From assembly GCA_965203445.1 (NCBI GenBank), contig OZ241883.1:1408001-1472000 (forward strand): a stretch of DNA of 64,000 bases. The letters run 5' to 3'. The stretch is from Candidatus Oxydemutator sp. Its GTDB lineage: Bacteria; Pseudomonadota; Gammaproteobacteria; Poriferisulfidales; Oxydemutatoraceae. Positions within the stretch are counted from its first letter, which is position 1. The number at the start of each line of letters is the position of its first letter. Shown here one piece after another: positions 32,909 through 42,058 of this stretch. The notes beneath the pieces were generated by a model. It did not search any database, was not told the origin of the DNA, and saw nothing but the letters and a program-made list of their open reading frames with translations. Position numbers and translations under genes: made by a program.

Positions 32909-34036
32909 ATGAGAACTTATCATTTGTTCATCAGTCATTCCTGGACGTATACCGATCACTACAAAAATTTGGTCAATCTTTTGAATCAAGCAAGATCTTT
33001 CGGTTATCGCAATCTCTCGATCCCTAAGGATGATCCTGTACACAGTAGTACAGGTAAAGAGTTGTCCTCGGCAATCCGCAACAAAATGGAGTCATGCGGT
33101 GTTGTTATAGTTTTAGCGGGTGTATATGTTGGCTACAGCAAATGGATAGACAAAGAGATTAAAATTGCCCGAAGTGGCTTTTCAAAACCCAAGCCGATTT
33201 TGGTTATAGAACCCTGGGCAAGTAAGAGGACCTCCAAGATGTCGCCACGCGAGGCGGTCGAATATTTCCAAGACAAAAGCTACGCGGTTTCGGAAAATTG
33301 GTGGAGCATTTGGCTTGAAGCCAATGCGCGCGCATTCACGGTCGCCAAGGCTACCAAACTAAGCGTCCTTGCCGAGATTCGCGGAGCGCTCGCCGAAGCG
33401 TCGGTGGAGGGGACAACCGAGCGCGAGTTTGTCAAAGCGCTGAAGCCGCGCCTGCAAAAACTCGGGTGGTGGGGTCGTCGTGCCGACGGGCAGATGCTCG
33501 GTTCGTCACGGCGCCTGGAGACGATATTCCGCACCAACATGGCGTCGTTCTACAACGCCAGACGCTGGCGCGAACAGGCGCGCCGCGCCATGGCTTCCGT
33601 CGGCGCGCGCCCCTATCTGCAATATGTCGCGGTGCATGATCTCAGCACCCGGCCCTCGCACGCAGCGTTGCACGGCAAGGTGTTTCCGCACGATTCCAAG
33701 TTCTGGGATGCGTGGTATCCGCCCAACGGCTTCAACTGCCGCTGCCGCGTGCGCGCGCTGACCGAGGATCAGGTGCGGCGCAGGAAGCTGAAGGTGGAAA
33801 AGGACTTCGAGCTGCCGGAGATCCAAAGGCAGGTCGGGATAGACCGCGCGACCGGCAAAGTGATACGCCGACCGGTGCGCGGGTTCAGGGGGCGCGACGC
33901 CGCCGGCAAGCCGATAACGATAACACTACCTCCGGGATTCGACTACAACCCTGGAAAAGGTGCTAGAAATAATGCCGATAAAATCGTCGAGTGGAACACC
34001 GATAGCATTGTTTCGGCGATAAAGGAGTTGGCCTAG
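32909..34036 (+). CDS. TIR-like (ThsB/MTH538-like) protein with in-frame phage MuF (minor head) domain
   Basis: LFISHSW, SKWIDKEI, PILVIEPW; MuF motifs RLETIFRTN, TRPSH, PPNGFNCRC, GFDYNPGK; TIR-type tail ADKIVEWNTDSIVSAI. Confidence 0.8.
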   Translation: MRTYHLFISHSWTYTDHYKNLVNLLNQARSFGYRNLSIPKDDPVHSSTGKELSSAIRNKMESCGVVIVLAGVYVGYSKWIDKEIKIARSGFSKPKPILVIEPWASKRTSKMSPREAVEYFQDKSYAVSENWWSIWLEANARAFTVAKATKLSVLAEIRGALAEASVEGTTEREFVKALKPRLQKLGWWGRRADGQMLGSSRRLETIFRTNMASFYNARRWREQARRAMASVGARPYLQYVAVHDLSTRPSHAALHGKVFPHDSKFWDAWYPPNGFNCRCRVRALTEDQVRRRKLKVEKDFELPEIQRQVGIDRATGKVIRRPVRGFRGRDAAGKPITITLPPGFDYNPGKGARNNADKIVEWNTDSIVSAIKELA

Positions 34037-34485
34037 TGGCCGAAAACAAACAGGAACTCTTGGAAATCTACAAACTCCACGCCGAACTCGCAGACCGGGT
34101 GAGTCAGAGGCGGGAAGGCGCGAACCGACTTTATGTAAGTTTGTTGACGGGCTTCCTAATTCTCCTGGCTGCTTTGCTCAGATTTGGGACGGGAATAATG
34201 CTTGTTTGGGTTGTATTAGCCATGTCTGGCGCTTTAGGCCTCGTGCTTTCCGCGTCATGGTATATTATTATCCGATCTTACCGTCAGTTGAATAGCGGCA
34301 AGTTTAAGGCGTTACATGAATTAGAAGGGGAACTGGCCTATCCTTTCTTCAAACGCGAATGGGAGTTGCTGGAAAAAGGGAGAGAGATAAGCCGTTATTG
34401 GAAATTGACAGTCGTTGAGACGTCTCTCCCCATCGGTTTTTTTGCTCTTTCCATTGGCTTAATAATTATCGCTATTGTAATTTAA
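34036..34485 (+). CDS. Small membrane protein (RipA/octameric membrane protein-like putative effector)
   Basis: LEIYKLHAELADRVSQRREGANRLY, 2-3 TM helices, SYRQLNSGKFKALHELE; start overlaps the TIR stop. Confidence 0.65.
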   Translation: MAENKQELLEIYKLHAELADRVSQRREGANRLYVSLLTGFLILLAALLRFGTGIMLVWVVLAMSGALGLVLSASWYIIIRSYRQLNSGKFKALHELEGELAYPFFKREWELLEKGREISRYWKLTVVETSLPIGFFALSIGLIIIAIVI

Positions 34486-34492
34486 GTGGAAA

Positions 34493-34542
34493 AAATCTCT
34501 CAAAATCACCCCTGTCAAAGGGCGTCCCATGCTGCATTGGGT
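34493..34542 (+). repeat. Diverged duplicate of the mod 5' end
   Basis: Encodes [17 protein letters not shown], the same peptide as 35700-35749, with synonymous differences. Confidence 0.85.
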
Positions 34543-34643
34543 AGAACCTCGACTATGGGCAAGCAGTCACTGCTATAATATGGTTACTGGCCATAGGTAT
34601 GGCGAACTATAATTTTTATCAGACCGAATAGAGAATAAATCAT

Positions 34644-35495
34644 ATGGGACCACTCGACGATTACATAAAGGAGCAGCTCGACAATCACATTGTCGAAATT
34701 GGGTCACAATTGGGTAACACTGACACAATATCAATAATAAGTCCCATTGTGTCTGGTGTTGATACAAGGGTCAGGCATGGCATCGAAATGATCCAAACCA
34801 AGAAAAGCAAGATAGCAATCATTCTGCACACCCCCGGGGGCATCGTTGAGATTGTTGAGAGGATAGTTGAGGTAATCAGAAATTTTTATGCTGAAGTTAT
34901 AGTTATTGTGCCGGATCAGGCAATGTCGGCAGGAACCGTTTTAGCATTGAGTGCTGACAAGATAATGATGGACTATTTTTCACGGCTGGGCCCTATTGAC
35001 CCTCAGATCCCTAAAGACGATAGGCTTGTCCCGGCATTGTCTTATTTGAATCAGTATGAAAGGTTGAATGAAAAAGCCCGGGAAGGCCATTTGACCACGG
35101 CAGAATATGCAATGCTTCAACAGCTCGATGTAGGCGAACTATACCAGTTCGAGCAGGCCCGCGAGCTTTCAGTAGAACTCCTGCGCAAGTGGCTGTCGCA
35201 ATACAAGTTTAAAGATTGGATAACTACAGAAAGTAGAAAAGTGCCAGTTACAGAAGAAATGAAGCAAGAACGAGCCAAAGAGATCGCTGATTTATTAAAT
35301 AATCCTGAAAGGTGGCATTCTCATGGACGTGGGATTGGTATTGATACTTTAAGGAACGAGTTGAACTTGAAAATTGAGGACTACTCGGAAAAATCGCAGT
35401 TATCGGACAGTATAAAGAATTACTTTAATCTTTTGGTGGATTACCTGACCCGAGAAAAAGTAAACTCTTTTGTGCATGCAGGGAGGTATTTTTGA
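34644..35495 (+). CDS. SDH-family ClpP-fold serine protease
   Basis: LHTPGG, VPDQAMSAGT, LGPIDPQ, WHSHG; AT-rich. Confidence 0.82.
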   Translation: MGPLDDYIKEQLDNHIVEIGSQLGNTDTISIISPIVSGVDTRVRHGIEMIQTKKSKIAIILHTPGGIVEIVERIVEVIRNFYAEVIVIVPDQAMSAGTVLALSADKIMMDYFSRLGPIDPQIPKDDRLVPALSYLNQYERLNEKAREGHLTTAEYAMLQQLDVGELYQFEQARELSVELLRKWLSQYKFKDWITTESRKVPVTEEMKQERAKEIADLLNNPERWHSHGRGIGIDTLRNELNLKIEDYSEKSQLSDSIKNYFNLLVDYLTREKVNSFVHAGRYF

Positions 35496-35497
35496 TC

Positions 35498-35692
35498 ATG
35501 TCGAATGAATCTGAAAAAAAATATCAAACTGGTGATGAGATATTGGGGAATAACCCGAAAGTATCCAAGCGAGTTGTTGCCCAGTATCGTAAGTTGGAAA
35601 AGCAGTTGGAGAAGCTTGGTGTAGATACAAAACCGCATTACACGTTATCTCCACCGCTTGGCGGAACTATTGCTGGTTTATCAAAGAAATAG
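35498..35692 (+). CDS. Small hypothetical protein coupled to the SDH protease
   Basis: ~64-aa ORF that fills the gap between the protease and mod. Confidence 0.5.
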   Translation: MSNESEKKYQTGDEILGNNPKVSKRVVAQYRKLEKQLEKLGVDTKPHYTLSPPLGGTIAGLSKK

Positions 35693-35693
35693 T

Positions 35694-37259
35694 TTGAAGA
35701 AATCTCTCAAAATTACTCCCGTTAAGGGACGTCCGATGCTGCATTGGGTGGGGAAGAAGCCGCTGGACGTGGTGCGGTATTTTCCGGCGCAGTTGTGCGA
35801 GAGCGTGGGGGTGGACAAGCCGCCTGCCGAGGCGTCGTACGAGCAATTTGTCGAAGGGGGCTATAACCTGCTTTATCACGGCGACAACAAGGAGATTTTG
35901 TCGTCATTGCTGGTGGCCGGGTTTCGCGGCCAGGTGGATTTGATCTACATTGATCCGCCGTTTGACAGCGGTGCGGATTACGTGCGTCGCGTGAAATTGC
36001 GCGGTGTGGGGAACGGCAATAACAGCAACGGCGAGAGAATCTCCGGCGAGGGACAGTCGCCGGTCGAGCAGGTCCAGTACCACGACATCTGGGCCAATGA
36101 CAATTATTTGCAGTTCATGTATGAGCGGCTGATTCTGATGCGGGAGTTACTGAGCGATAAAGGGAGCATTTATCTGCATTGTGACTGGCACAAAAGCCAT
36201 CACTTGCGGTTTTTGTTGGATGAGGTGTTTGGGGCGGAGAATTTTATTAACGAGATCATCTGGCACTATCCTAATTCTGGTAAATTAGTAACAAGCGTTT
36301 GGCGCATCCCAATGTTGAATATTGGGCATGAACGCCTTAATTTCCCCACCCAAAAGCCCGAGGCCTTACTCGAGCGCATCATCAAAGCCTCGAGCAACGA
36401 GGGTTCCATCGTTCTCGACTGTTTCTGCGGCAGCGGCACGACGGCCGCGGTCGCCGAGAAGTTGGGGCGTCGCTGGATTATGGCCGACCTCAATAAAGGC
36501 GCGATTCAAACCACTATGAAACGTTTGCAGGACGTCGTCGCCGACAAGAACGGCGACCTTGCGGAGGAGCCCGCGCGCGGCTTCATTCACTACCGCGTCA
36601 ACAACTACGACTACGCCAGACAGGACGAGTTGAAAAAGATCGTCATCTCCAAGTATGGCGTCCGCAAAGACAACGGCGATTTGTTTTTTGACGGCAGAAT
36701 CGGCGAGCAACTGGTCAAAATTATTGACTTGAACCGGCCGTTCACGCGCCTGGACGTTCAGATTATCAAGGACGAGTTGGCCCAAAACCGCCCGGACGAG
36801 ACGCGCGATATAGTGGTTTTCTGCAACGGCAGCGAGATGGAGATTATCGTCGAGCTGGCCAGGGAGAAAAGCCCGATCAACAAGATCATCGTGCGCGACA
36901 TTCAGCGCGACGGCGTAACCACCGACCACCCGGCCGAGGCGGACGTATCCATTGTCAAACGCGGAAAGAAGGCGAAAATCACCATCGCCGAGTACATCAG
37001 CCCGTCCATTCTGGCGAGAATGGAGATAGACCGGACTTTGTTTGACGAGCAGATTGACGATTTCCGCGCCCAGATTGACTGCGTGCTGATAGACACCGAC
37101 TACAACGGCAGGCACTTCAACGTTGTGGAAAGCGATCTGCCGGCGAAGAAAAACGATTACGTGCGGGGCGAATACGAGGTCGCGCTTCCTCGTCCCGGCG
37201 CCGCCGTGGCGGTGAAAATCACCGATATGTTGGGCGAGGAAACGGTTGTTACCGGATAG
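35694..37259 (+). CDS. mod: Type III R-M Mod subunit (N6-adenine methyltransferase)
   Basis: [38 protein letters not shown]; TTG start inferred. Confidence 0.87.
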   Translation: MKKSLKITPVKGRPMLHWVGKKPLDVVRYFPAQLCESVGVDKPPAEASYEQFVEGGYNLLYHGDNKEILSSLLVAGFRGQVDLIYIDPPFDSGADYVRRVKLRGVGNGNNSNGERISGEGQSPVEQVQYHDIWANDNYLQFMYERLILMRELLSDKGSIYLHCDWHKSHHLRFLLDEVFGAENFINEIIWHYPNSGKLVTSVWRIPMLNIGHERLNFPTQKPEALLERIIKASSNEGSIVLDCFCGSGTTAAVAEKLGRRWIMADLNKGAIQTTMKRLQDVVADKNGDLAEEPARGFIHYRVNNYDYARQDELKKIVISKYGVRKDNGDLFFDGRIGEQLVKIIDLNRPFTRLDVQIIKDELAQNRPDETRDIVVFCNGSEMEIIVELAREKSPINKIIVRDIQRDGVTTDHPAEADVSIVKRGKKAKITIAEYISPSILARMEIDRTLFDEQIDDFRAQIDCVLIDTDYNGRHFNVVESDLPAKKNDYVRGEYEVALPRPGAAVAVKITDMLGEETVVTG

Positions 37260-37367
37260 GTTTTGTCCGGGACTGAGCGCGTGCGAGTATTCGTAGTATC
37301 CGTGTCCGTGTCGGAACGATTTCCATTGCATGTTCCCTTTCCCTCCGGGAAAGGATCGGGGTGAGGA

Positions 37368-38285
37368 TTACACTGCGGGCCCGTCCGACCGGCGCCGTTC
37401 CCTGGCGGCGGCCTTGCGGCCCACGGCCACCCGCATTTTGCCGGTGTAGTCGCGCACGCCGCGCACCGCGCAAAGACCGGCGGCCTCCATCATCGCGCGC
37501 ACGTTGGCACCCTGCCTGGGCGCGTGTTCGACGATCAGGCGTCCGCCGGGCCGTAAGTACGCGCCGGCGTTCGCCGTGATCGTGCGCAGGTGCGCCAAGC
37601 CGTCTTTGCCCGCGAACAGGGCCGCGGCGGGTTCGTGGGCGGCGACGGCGGCCTCCAGTTCGGGATCGTCGTCGCATACGTAGGGCGGATTGCTTGTGAT
37701 CAGATCGAAGCGCCGCGCGCGCGGCAGCCGCTCGAACCAGTCGCTTAGCAGAAACCGGATGCCGGGCAGGCCATGGCGCCGGGCGTTGCGGCGCGCCACC
37801 TCGAGCGCCCGTCGCGATACGTCGGTGGCGGTCGCCGCGACGTCTTTGCGCGCGTGCGCCACGGCGACGACGACGTTGCCGCAGCCGGTGCCGAGATCGA
37901 GCACGCGGGCCGCCTGCGGCAGGTTCGCAAGCGCCTCACAGACGATGCTCTCGGTCTCGGGGCGCGGTGCCAGCACCGCTTCGCTCACCTCGAAGTCAAG
38001 CGAGTAAAACTCGCGGCGTCCCCTCAGGTAGGCCAGCGGCACTCCGGCCGCGCGCCGCGCGACGGCGTCGTGCAACCGCTCCCCGGTGCGCGTGTCGAGA
38101 CGTCGTTCGCCGTTTGCGTACAGCCACGCGCGGCTTCGCGCAAGCGCGTGGCACAGCAGGTAGTCGGCGTCGGCGTCGTGGCCGCGCGCGGCGAGCCACG
38201 CGCGCAGCCCGCGCCGCGCCTCGCCCAACGTCGCGCCGGCGAAACGCGGCGGCGTGTCATGCGTATCGGGCGCGCCCCCCGTCAT
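37368..38285 (-). CDS. prmC: Release factor glutamine methyltransferase
   Basis: [26 protein letters not shown]; ATGA overlap with prfA. Confidence 0.93.
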   Translation of the reverse strand: MTGGAPDTHDTPPRFAGATLGEARRGLRAWLAARGHDADADYLLCHALARSRAWLYANGERRLDTRTGERLHDAVARRAAGVPLAYLRGRREFYSLDFEVSEAVLAPRPETESIVCEALANLPQAARVLDLGTGCGNVVVAVAHARKDVAATATDVSRRALEVARRNARRHGLPGIRFLLSDWFERLPRARRFDLITSNPPYVCDDDPELEAAVAAHEPAAALFAGKDGLAHLRTITANAGAYLRPGGRLIVEHAPRQGANVRAMMEAAGLCAVRGVRDYTGKMRVAVGRKAAARERRRSDGPAV

Positions 38286-39367
38286 TCGTCGCGCCCGAGT
38301 TCGGCCAGCAGCTCGGCCTGGTGTTCGTTGATCAGCGGCTGGAGCAGCGGGTCGAGCGCGCCTTCCATCAGTTGCGGCAGTTGGTACAGCGTCAGACCGA
38401 TGCGGTGGTCGGTGACGCGCCCCTGCGGATAGTTGTAGGTGCGTATGCGTTGCGAGCGGTCGCCGCTGCCTATCAGATCGCGCCGATCCGCCGCCTGCCG
38501 TTGTTCCCGTGCGCGGCGTTCGGCGTCGAGCAACTTCGCCTTCAGCAGCGCCAGCGCGCGCGTCTTGTTGCGGTTTTGCGAACGCTCGGCCTGGCATTCG
38601 ACGACCATGCCGCTCGGCAGGTGGGTTACGCGGATCGCCGAGTCGGTCTTGTTGACGTGCTGGCCGCCGGCGCCCGAGGCGCGAAAGCGGTCTATGCGCA
38701 GGTCGGCAGGATTGATGTCGACGTGGTCTATGTCCTCGGTCTCCGGCAACACCGCCACGGTCGCCGCCGACGTGTGTATGCGCCCCTGGGCCTCGGTCTC
38801 CGGCACCCGCTGCACGCGGTGCGCGCCGGACTCGAACTTCAGCCGCGAATACACGCCCTTGCCGTTGACGCGCGAGATCAGCTCCTTGAAACCGCCGTGC
38901 TCGCCGTCGCGCGCGCTGAGTATCTCGATTCGCCATCTCCTGCCTTCGGCGTAGTGTTGGTACATGCGAAACAGGTCGCCGGCGAAGATCGCGGCTTCGT
39001 CGCCGCCGGTGCCGGCGCGGATTTCGAGAAACACGCCGCCGTCGTCGTGCGGGTCCCGCGGCAGCAGCTGCCGTTGCAGTTCGCGTTCGAGTTCGTCGCA
39101 CAGCGCCTCGAGCGCGGCCAATTCCTCCCGCGCCATCTCGCGCAGCTCGGCGTCGTCGTCGGCCAGTTGGCGCGTCTTTTCGACGTCGTCCATGCACGCG
39201 CGGTAGGCGCCGAACGATGCGACGATGCGATCCAGGCGCGCGTATTCGCGCGCGCGCTCGCGGTAGCGTCGCTGGTCCGCGGCGGCGTCGGTGCGCGCGA
39301 GTTGTTCGGCGAGCGCGCGGTGGCGGCGTTCGATTTCTTCCAGTTTTTTCAGAATGGACGCCTTCAT
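38282..39367 (-). CDS. prfA: Peptide chain release factor 1
   Basis: [34 protein letters not shown]. Confidence 0.97.
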   Translation of the reverse strand: MKASILKKLEEIERRHRALAEQLARTDAAADQRRYRERAREYARLDRIVASFGAYRACMDDVEKTRQLADDDAELREMAREELAALEALCDELERELQRQLLPRDPHDDGGVFLEIRAGTGGDEAAIFAGDLFRMYQHYAEGRRWRIEILSARDGEHGGFKELISRVNGKGVYSRLKFESGAHRVQRVPETEAQGRIHTSAATVAVLPETEDIDHVDINPADLRIDRFRASGAGGQHVNKTDSAIRVTHLPSGMVVECQAERSQNRNKTRALALLKAKLLDAERRAREQRQAADRRDLIGSGDRSQRIRTYNYPQGRVTDHRIGLTLYQLPQLMEGALDPLLQPLINEHQAELLAELGRDE

Positions 39368-40638
39368 CTTTCGTCGTCGTCCAGGCCGAAGAGTTTTCGC
39401 GCGTTCTCGAGCAGCGCCTTGTCGTCGTTTTTGGCGGCTTCCTGAATCGCCGCGGTCGGCCGGTGCATCAGTTTGCCGGTCAGCGCGTGCGCGAGGTGGC
39501 GCAGGGCCTCGGCGCCGCCCTTGTCCCGGCGCAGCAGCCGCGTCGCGTCGGCGAGCGCGTCGTCGCGGTGCCGCTCGGCGCGCGCGCGGAATTGCCGGAT
39601 CAGCTCGCCCGCCTGGCGCACGTCCAACCATTCGACGAATTCGGCGACGCGTCGCTCGACGATGCGCTCGGCTTTGTCGGCTTCGCGCAGCCGGTTGCGC
39701 TGGTTGACGTCGGCGATCTCGACCAGGTTGTCGAGGGTGTACAGATACACGTCCTCGAGCGCGGCGACCGCCGGCTCGACGTCGCGCGGCAGCGCGACGT
39801 CCACGATATAGACGGGGCGGCGTTTGCGCACCTTCAGCGCGCGCTCGATCATGGCCTTGCCGACGACCGCGTCTTTGCCCGAAGTGCCGCTGACGATGAC
39901 GTCGTAGCGCGGCAGCGCGTCGCCGAGCGCGCCGAAGGCGACGCTGTCGGCGCCGCAGGCGGCGGCGAGTTCGCGCGCTCTTTGTGGCGAGCGGTTGGCG
40001 ATTGCAAGCGCGCCGATACCGGCGCTTTTGAAGTGCCGTATCGTCAGCTCGATCATCTCGCCGGCGCCTATCATCAACGCGCGTTTCGCGGACAAATCCT
40101 CGAAGATCTTTTTGCACACGTCCACCGCTATCGAGGCGTACGAGATCGGGTGGCGCCCGAGGTCGGTCTCCGAACGCGCCTGTTTGGCGGTCGCCAAGGC
40201 GTGCTCGAACAATCTTCCCAGCGCACCGCCGCCGGCGCCGCCCGCGTCCTCGCCGAGCGCCGCCCGGTAGGCCGCCTTGACCTGTCCCGTCACCTGCGGT
40301 TCGCCGACGATGGCCGAATCGAGACCGCTGGCGACGCGCAGCAGGTGGCGCACGGCGCTTGTGTCGCGCAGCGTGAACAAGTGGCCGTCGAGTTCGCGCG
40401 CGTCGAGGCCGTGGTAGCCGCACAGCCACGCGGTGATGCCGCCGGCGCGGTAGTTTCCGCCGGTCGCGGCGTAGATTTCGAGACGGTTACAGGTCGAGAC
40501 GATGACGCTCTGTTCAAGGGCCGTCGCGCGGCGCAGATCGGTCAGCGCCGAGGCGATGGAATCTTCCGGCAGCGCGACTTTTTCGCGCACGTCGAGCGGT
40601 GCGCTATGGTGGTTTAAGCCGACGACGAGCAGCGTCAT
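39364..40638 (-). CDS. hemA: Glutamyl-tRNA reductase
   Basis: STCNRLE, SGLDS..GEPQ, IGAGEM, DVALPRD. Confidence 0.96.
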   Translation of the reverse strand: MTLLVVGLNHHSAPLDVREKVALPEDSIASALTDLRRATALEQSVIVSTCNRLEIYAATGGNYRAGGITAWLCGYHGLDARELDGHLFTLRDTSAVRHLLRVASGLDSAIVGEPQVTGQVKAAYRAALGEDAGGAGGGALGRLFEHALATAKQARSETDLGRHPISYASIAVDVCKKIFEDLSAKRALMIGAGEMIELTIRHFKSAGIGALAIANRSPQRARELAAACGADSVAFGALGDALPRYDVIVSGTSGKDAVVGKAMIERALKVRKRRPVYIVDVALPRDVEPAVAALEDVYLYTLDNLVEIADVNQRNRLREADKAERIVERRVAEFVEWLDVRQAGELIRQFRARAERHRDDALADATRLLRRDKGGAEALRHLAHALTGKLMHRPTAAIQEAAKNDDKALLENARKLFGLDDDER

Positions 40639-40744
40639 TTGCGTCGTTTGGAGGGGTGGGGGGAGCGCCGCGCGCGCCGACTAACCGCCACGCGCGGCAC
40701 GCGGCGCGGGGGCAGCGGGCTTGGTCGTCGTGGCGATCATAAAG

Positions 40745-41821
40745 TCAGTGTAGCAAACGACACGCCAAAAGGGAATTGCATGTATGAGGCCACCACATTC
40801 TGGACAAATGAGGTAGTTGTTTTTGGATGGCTTGGCACGGGGTGATATTCCCCAGGCTCCGGTGCGGGCGCTCGCCGTTGTAGCGTTCCAGATACCTGAA
40901 CAACGCATCGTTGAAAGCATACAGATCATCAAATAATCTGTCTTCCCGGTAGTCCACGAACTCCTCCTGCACGGTTCTGTTGAAGCGCTCGCATAATGCG
41001 TTCATCTTCGGACAACGCGGGTAAGTGTAACAGTGTTCTATACCCGCACGCTTCAGGTATTCGTCGAACTCTCCCTGATACTCGCTGCCGTTGTCCGTCA
41101 GCACTTTCTCGATGCGCCCCGGAAACACTTCGCACACCAGGCGCATGAAACACGCCGCGTCGCGACTGCTGGCGCGGCGACTGGCCAACGCCAACGCAAA
41201 GCGACTGCTGTGATCCGTCGCCGTGAAGATATGGCGGCGACTGTTTCTCACGAAGCGCACTATCGTATCAACCGCCACGCAATGGCCTGCATGCCCGGCA
41301 TGGAAGTCTTTGCCCAAGCGCTGGCGCGGTCGGCGCTTGAACTCCTTGCGCCGACCGCGACTGTCCAGGCGAACCGCCACCTTGCGCATCTTGTCCGGGG
41401 CATCCGCTATCAGGCGGCCTATCGTGCGCTCCCCGGGACATCTCACCCCGCGCTTGGCGCACCACGCAACCAGCAGCACGTGAACCTTCTCCTTGCCTAA
41501 ATTCGGGTGGCGCTCACGCAAGCGTCTGATCTCTTGGACCACCGCCACCGGCCACCGCCGCACCCGCCTGTTCTTGGGCGCCTTGCTGACGTCGTGCAAC
41601 CCACTGAGACCGCCTTCGCGGTGGCGCTTGCGCCACGCATACAGGGTGCTGCGCGAAACCCCGAAGGCGTCTTGGGTTGCAGGCAAGCCATGATTATCCC
41701 AGAATATGAGGGCGTCGTATTTGCGTTCGGCACTCGTTGCCATAATAGCCTCCATTCGGTTTGCATAGGAAGCTATTTTACGCAACCCTGGGACGCGGTA
41801 GCCGACGTGCTTTATTTGCAT
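40745..41821 (-). CDS. DDE transposase (HTH plus integrase core)
   Basis: GVSRSTLYAW HTH; VAVDT, LTDNGSEY, CERFNRT, YNGERPHRSL. Confidence 0.9.
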   Translation of the reverse strand: MQIKHVGYRVPGLRKIASYANRMEAIMATSAERKYDALIFWDNHGLPATQDAFGVSRSTLYAWRKRHREGGLSGLHDVSKAPKNRRVRRWPVAVVQEIRRLRERHPNLGKEKVHVLLVAWCAKRGVRCPGERTIGRLIADAPDKMRKVAVRLDSRGRRKEFKRRPRQRLGKDFHAGHAGHCVAVDTIVRFVRNSRRHIFTATDHSSRFALALASRRASSRDAACFMRLVCEVFPGRIEKVLTDNGSEYQGEFDEYLKRAGIEHCYTYPRCPKMNALCERFNRTVQEEFVDYREDRLFDDLYAFNDALFRYLERYNGERPHRSLGNITPCQAIQKQLPHLSRMWWPHTCNSLLACRLLH

Positions 41822-41876
41822 GTCGGCTACCTTTCTGCGGCTAAGATATTGTCCAGAATGTTTCTGGCCCTATACA
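40781..41876 (-). mobile_element. IS481-family insertion sequence
   Basis: TGT...ACA ends; imperfect TIRs (TGTATGAGGCCACCACATTCTGGACA vs TGTATAGGGCCAGAAACATTCTGGACA); 5-bp TSD TTGCA. Confidence 0.85.
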
Positions 41877-42058
41877 TTGCAACGAAGCTTCGGCGACTAC
41901 ACAACCAGACCCCACAAGACCCTCTCCCTTTGGGAGAGGGTGGCCGAAGGCTTGGGCCCAGGAATGTATGGCGACGGCTGCTTGAACAGGCGTTGGGGCG
42001 TGTAGAATGTATCGGCACCGGCTGGCCGCGGGCCAGGTTCCGGCACTTGGATCGGGCG

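Noticed and set aside
33236-33958. Prophage implied by the MuF domain
   Set aside because: No portal, terminase, capsid, tail or integrase genes nearby; the domain is embedded in a TIR ORF
31391-34485. Complete CBASS or canonical Thoeris system
   Set aside because: No CD-NTase, TRIP13 or ThsA (SIR2/SLOG or Macro) gene recognisable in the window
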